Positions 61,510 to 64,000 of a stretch of DNA of 64,000 nucleotides are shown piece after piece; position 1 is the stretch's first letter; every line of letters begins with the position of its first letter. The notes below the pieces were generated by a model that did not search any database, was not told the origin of the DNA, and saw only the letters and a list, made by a program, of their open reading frames with translations. Position numbers and translations under genes: made by a program. The stretch spans positions 197,780,001-197,844,000 of the forward strand of contig OZ024742.1 in NCBI GenBank assembly GCA_964016885.1. Reading direction: 5' to 3'. The stretch comes from Eledone cirrhosa. Taxonomy: Eukaryota.

Positions 61510-61790
61510 TTAAGATTATAGCCATAAGACAGATGTTTGAGAAAAGAAACTTACAAAAGTGAAAGGATGAGAATTTGTAGAAAGACGAGTCACTTGAATA
61601 GCAATCTTAAGAGGAGGAACAAGTAAAGAAAGTTTGGCAGAACAACCGACCATGGAAGTATTTATAGAATTGAGATAAAGAAGCAATGTCCTGGTGGGGA
61701 GAGAAGGAGTGGGGTGAGAGGGGTGTTGAAGTCTAGCTGCCAAAAACAGAACTAACCATGTAAAAAACTTGCTTTTGAGCACTCATACTA
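61510..61790 (-). mobile_element. Degenerate CR1/Jockey-group LINE C-terminal fragment
   Basis: GCSAKLSLLVPP...TRLSTNSHPFT...SFFSQTSVLW resembles the CS.EL..LVPP..TR.S..HP..SFFPRT..LWN motif. Confidence 0.55.
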
Positions 61791-62179
61791 AAATCTGGGG
61801 ACAACCCTAAAATAGCTGGGCTAGTAAAGAAAATGAAACTAAGTTAAAAAATTGAAAATTTTAAATAAAACTGAAGTTTTAGCGTGATATAAAACACCCC
61901 ATTTTATTGTTAAATGTATCAGTATTCATATACATGTCCATGCTAGCGTGGAAAATGGATGTTGAACGATGATGATGGTGTGTATGAATAGTCACAGGCA
62001 TGGCCTTGCGGTTAAGAATGAAGTTTTGCAACCACATGGTTCGAGATTCAATCCCACTGAATAGCACTTTGGCCAAGTGTCTTCATAGACTCGTCCCAAC
62101 CAATACCTTGTAAATGAATTTGGTAGACAGAAACTGTGAAAAAGCCAGTCACGCATGTGGGTGGGGGGAGGTAGTGTCC

Positions 62180-63655
62180 AAGTGTGGTGTGTGTAATGTA
62201 GTGTGGTGTGTGTAATGTAGTGTGGTGTGTGTAATGTAGTGTGGTGTGTGTAGTGTGGTGTGATGTATGTGTGGTGTAGTGTGATGTATGGTGTGCTGTG
62301 ATCTATGTGTGGTGTGCTGTGATGTATGTGTGGTGTGCTGTGATGTATGTGTGGTGTGCTGTGATGTATGTGTGGTGTGCTGTGATGTATGTGTGGTGTG
62401 CTGTGATGTATGTGTGGTGTGATGTATGTGTGGTGTGATGTGATGTATGTGTGGTGTGATGTATGTGTGGTGTGATGTATGTGTGGTGTGGTGTGATGTG
62501 ATGTATGTGTGGTGTGATGTGATGTATGTGTGGTGTGATGTGATGTATGTGTGGTGTGATGTGATGTATGTGTGGTGTGATGTATGTGTGGTGTGATGTG
62601 ATGTACGTGTGGTGAGGTGTGATGTACGTGTGGTGTGGTGTGATGTATGTGTGGTGTGGTGTGATGTATGTGTGGTGTGGTGTGATGTATGTGTGGTGTG
62701 ATGTGATGTATGTGTGGTGTGGTGTGATGTATGTGTGGTGTGATGTGATGTATGTGTGGTGCGGTGTGATGTATGTGTGGTGTGATGTATGTGTGGTGTG
62801 GTGTGATGTATGTGTGGTGTGGTGTGATGTATGTGTGGTGTGATGTGATGTATGTGTGGTGTGATGTGATGTATGTGTGGTGTGATGTGATGTATGTGTG
62901 GTGTGATGTGATGTATGTGTGGTGTGATGTGATGTATGCGTGGTGTGTGGGGTGATGTATGTGTGGTGTGATGTGATGTATGTGTGGTGTGGTGTGATGT
63001 ATGTGTGGTGTGATGTGATGTATGTGTGGTGTGATGTGATGTATGTGTGGTGTGGTGTGATGTATGTGTGGTGTGGTGTGGTGTGATGTATGTGTGGTGT
63101 GGTGTGATGTATGTGTGGTGTGATGTGATGTATGTGTGGTGTGATGTGATGTATGTGTGGTGTGGTGTGATGTATGTGTGGTGTGATGTATGTGTGGTGT
63201 GATGTATGTGTGGTGTGATGTGATGTATGTGTGGTGTGGTGTGATGTATGTGTGGTGTGATGTATGTGTGGTGTGATGAGATGTATGTGTGGTGTGGTGT
63301 GATGTATGTGTGGTGTGGGGTGATGTATGTGTGGTGTGGGGTGATGTATGTGTGGTGTGATGTGATGTATGTGTGGTGTGATGTGATGTATGTGTGGTGT
63401 GATGTATGTGTGGTGTGATGTATGGTAGTCTGATGTATGTGTGGTGTGATGTATGTGTGGTGTGATGTATGCGTGGTGTGATGCGTGTGATGTATGTGTG
63501 GTGGTGTGTGTAGTGTGGTGGTGTGTGTGTAGCGTGGGTCTATGTGGCATGTGTGGGTGTGTGTAGCATGTGTGTGTGTGGTGTGTGTATGTGTCATGTG
63601 TATGTGTGGCGTATGTGTGTGGCATGTGTGTGTCTGGCGTGTGTATGTGTGGTGA
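62180..63655. repeat. Modular TG-rich minisatellite (16/21/26-bp units)
   Basis: Built from 5-mers TGTGA/TGTGG/TGTGC plus the 11-mer TGTATGTGTGG; degenerates at both edges. Confidence 0.95.
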
Positions 63656-64000
63656 ATATGTGAGAGAGAAAACTCACTGTATGCAGGTTCATATTGGCAC
63701 TTAAAGGAAGTGGCTATGTCCAACATAAACAATATATCCTCCAACAGTGTTTCAACAAAGATCAGCAATATATTAACCATACTTGAAAAGAAAGTTTGTG
63801 TTGGCCTCAGGAAGAGCATCTGGCCCTAGAAAGTATTGTCTGGAAATGTTTCATTCAACCCAAAGATACAACATTTTTAAAAAGTGCTTCAAATTTTGAC
63901 CTTAACTCATGGATTTCCAATAAAAACCTTCCATCATAATTTTATGTAAGAACATTTATCTTCCAAACACCAACTTTATCATAAAATAGTTATTTTATTA

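Noticed and set aside
62149-63819. 556-aa and 440-aa His/Thr-rich ORFs
   Set aside because: They are translations of the minisatellite. The minus strand there has almost no TAA/TAG/TGA by composition, more than one frame is open, and the peptide phase shifts with unit length.

Overview
AT-rich animal genomic DNA dense in microsatellites and interspersed repeats. The repeat repertoire (RTE LINEs with (ATG)n tails, two tRNA-derived SINE families, long (TA)n/(CA)n tracts) resembles an octopus or other coleoid cephalopod genome; this is an inference from recalled repeat families, not a database match. I find no convincing host protein-coding gene, so the window reads as intronic or intergenic. 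Most ORFs in the track are microsatellite artefacts. The real coding remnants are all retroelement-derived: two RTE LINEs with a PHD-like finger, a Penelope-like element (RT plus GIY-YIG), and fragments of R4/Dong, CRE, CR1, Tx1/L1, Ingi/Vingi and Expander/Rex3-like LINEs. There are also piggyBac-, hAT- and Tigger-type MITEs and several long inverted repeats. The best leads are (1) dispersed, CpG-decayed minimal hammerhead ribozyme motifs linked to Penelope-type tails, (2) an RTE 3' UTR carrying a hairpin-forming 48-bp module that is variably tandem-amplified and accounts for many SINE-like repeats, (3) a PHD-like finger inside the RTE ORF, and (4) back-to-back long foldback elements. None is proven novel from sequence alone. 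Coordinates were counted by hand and may be off by a few bases.
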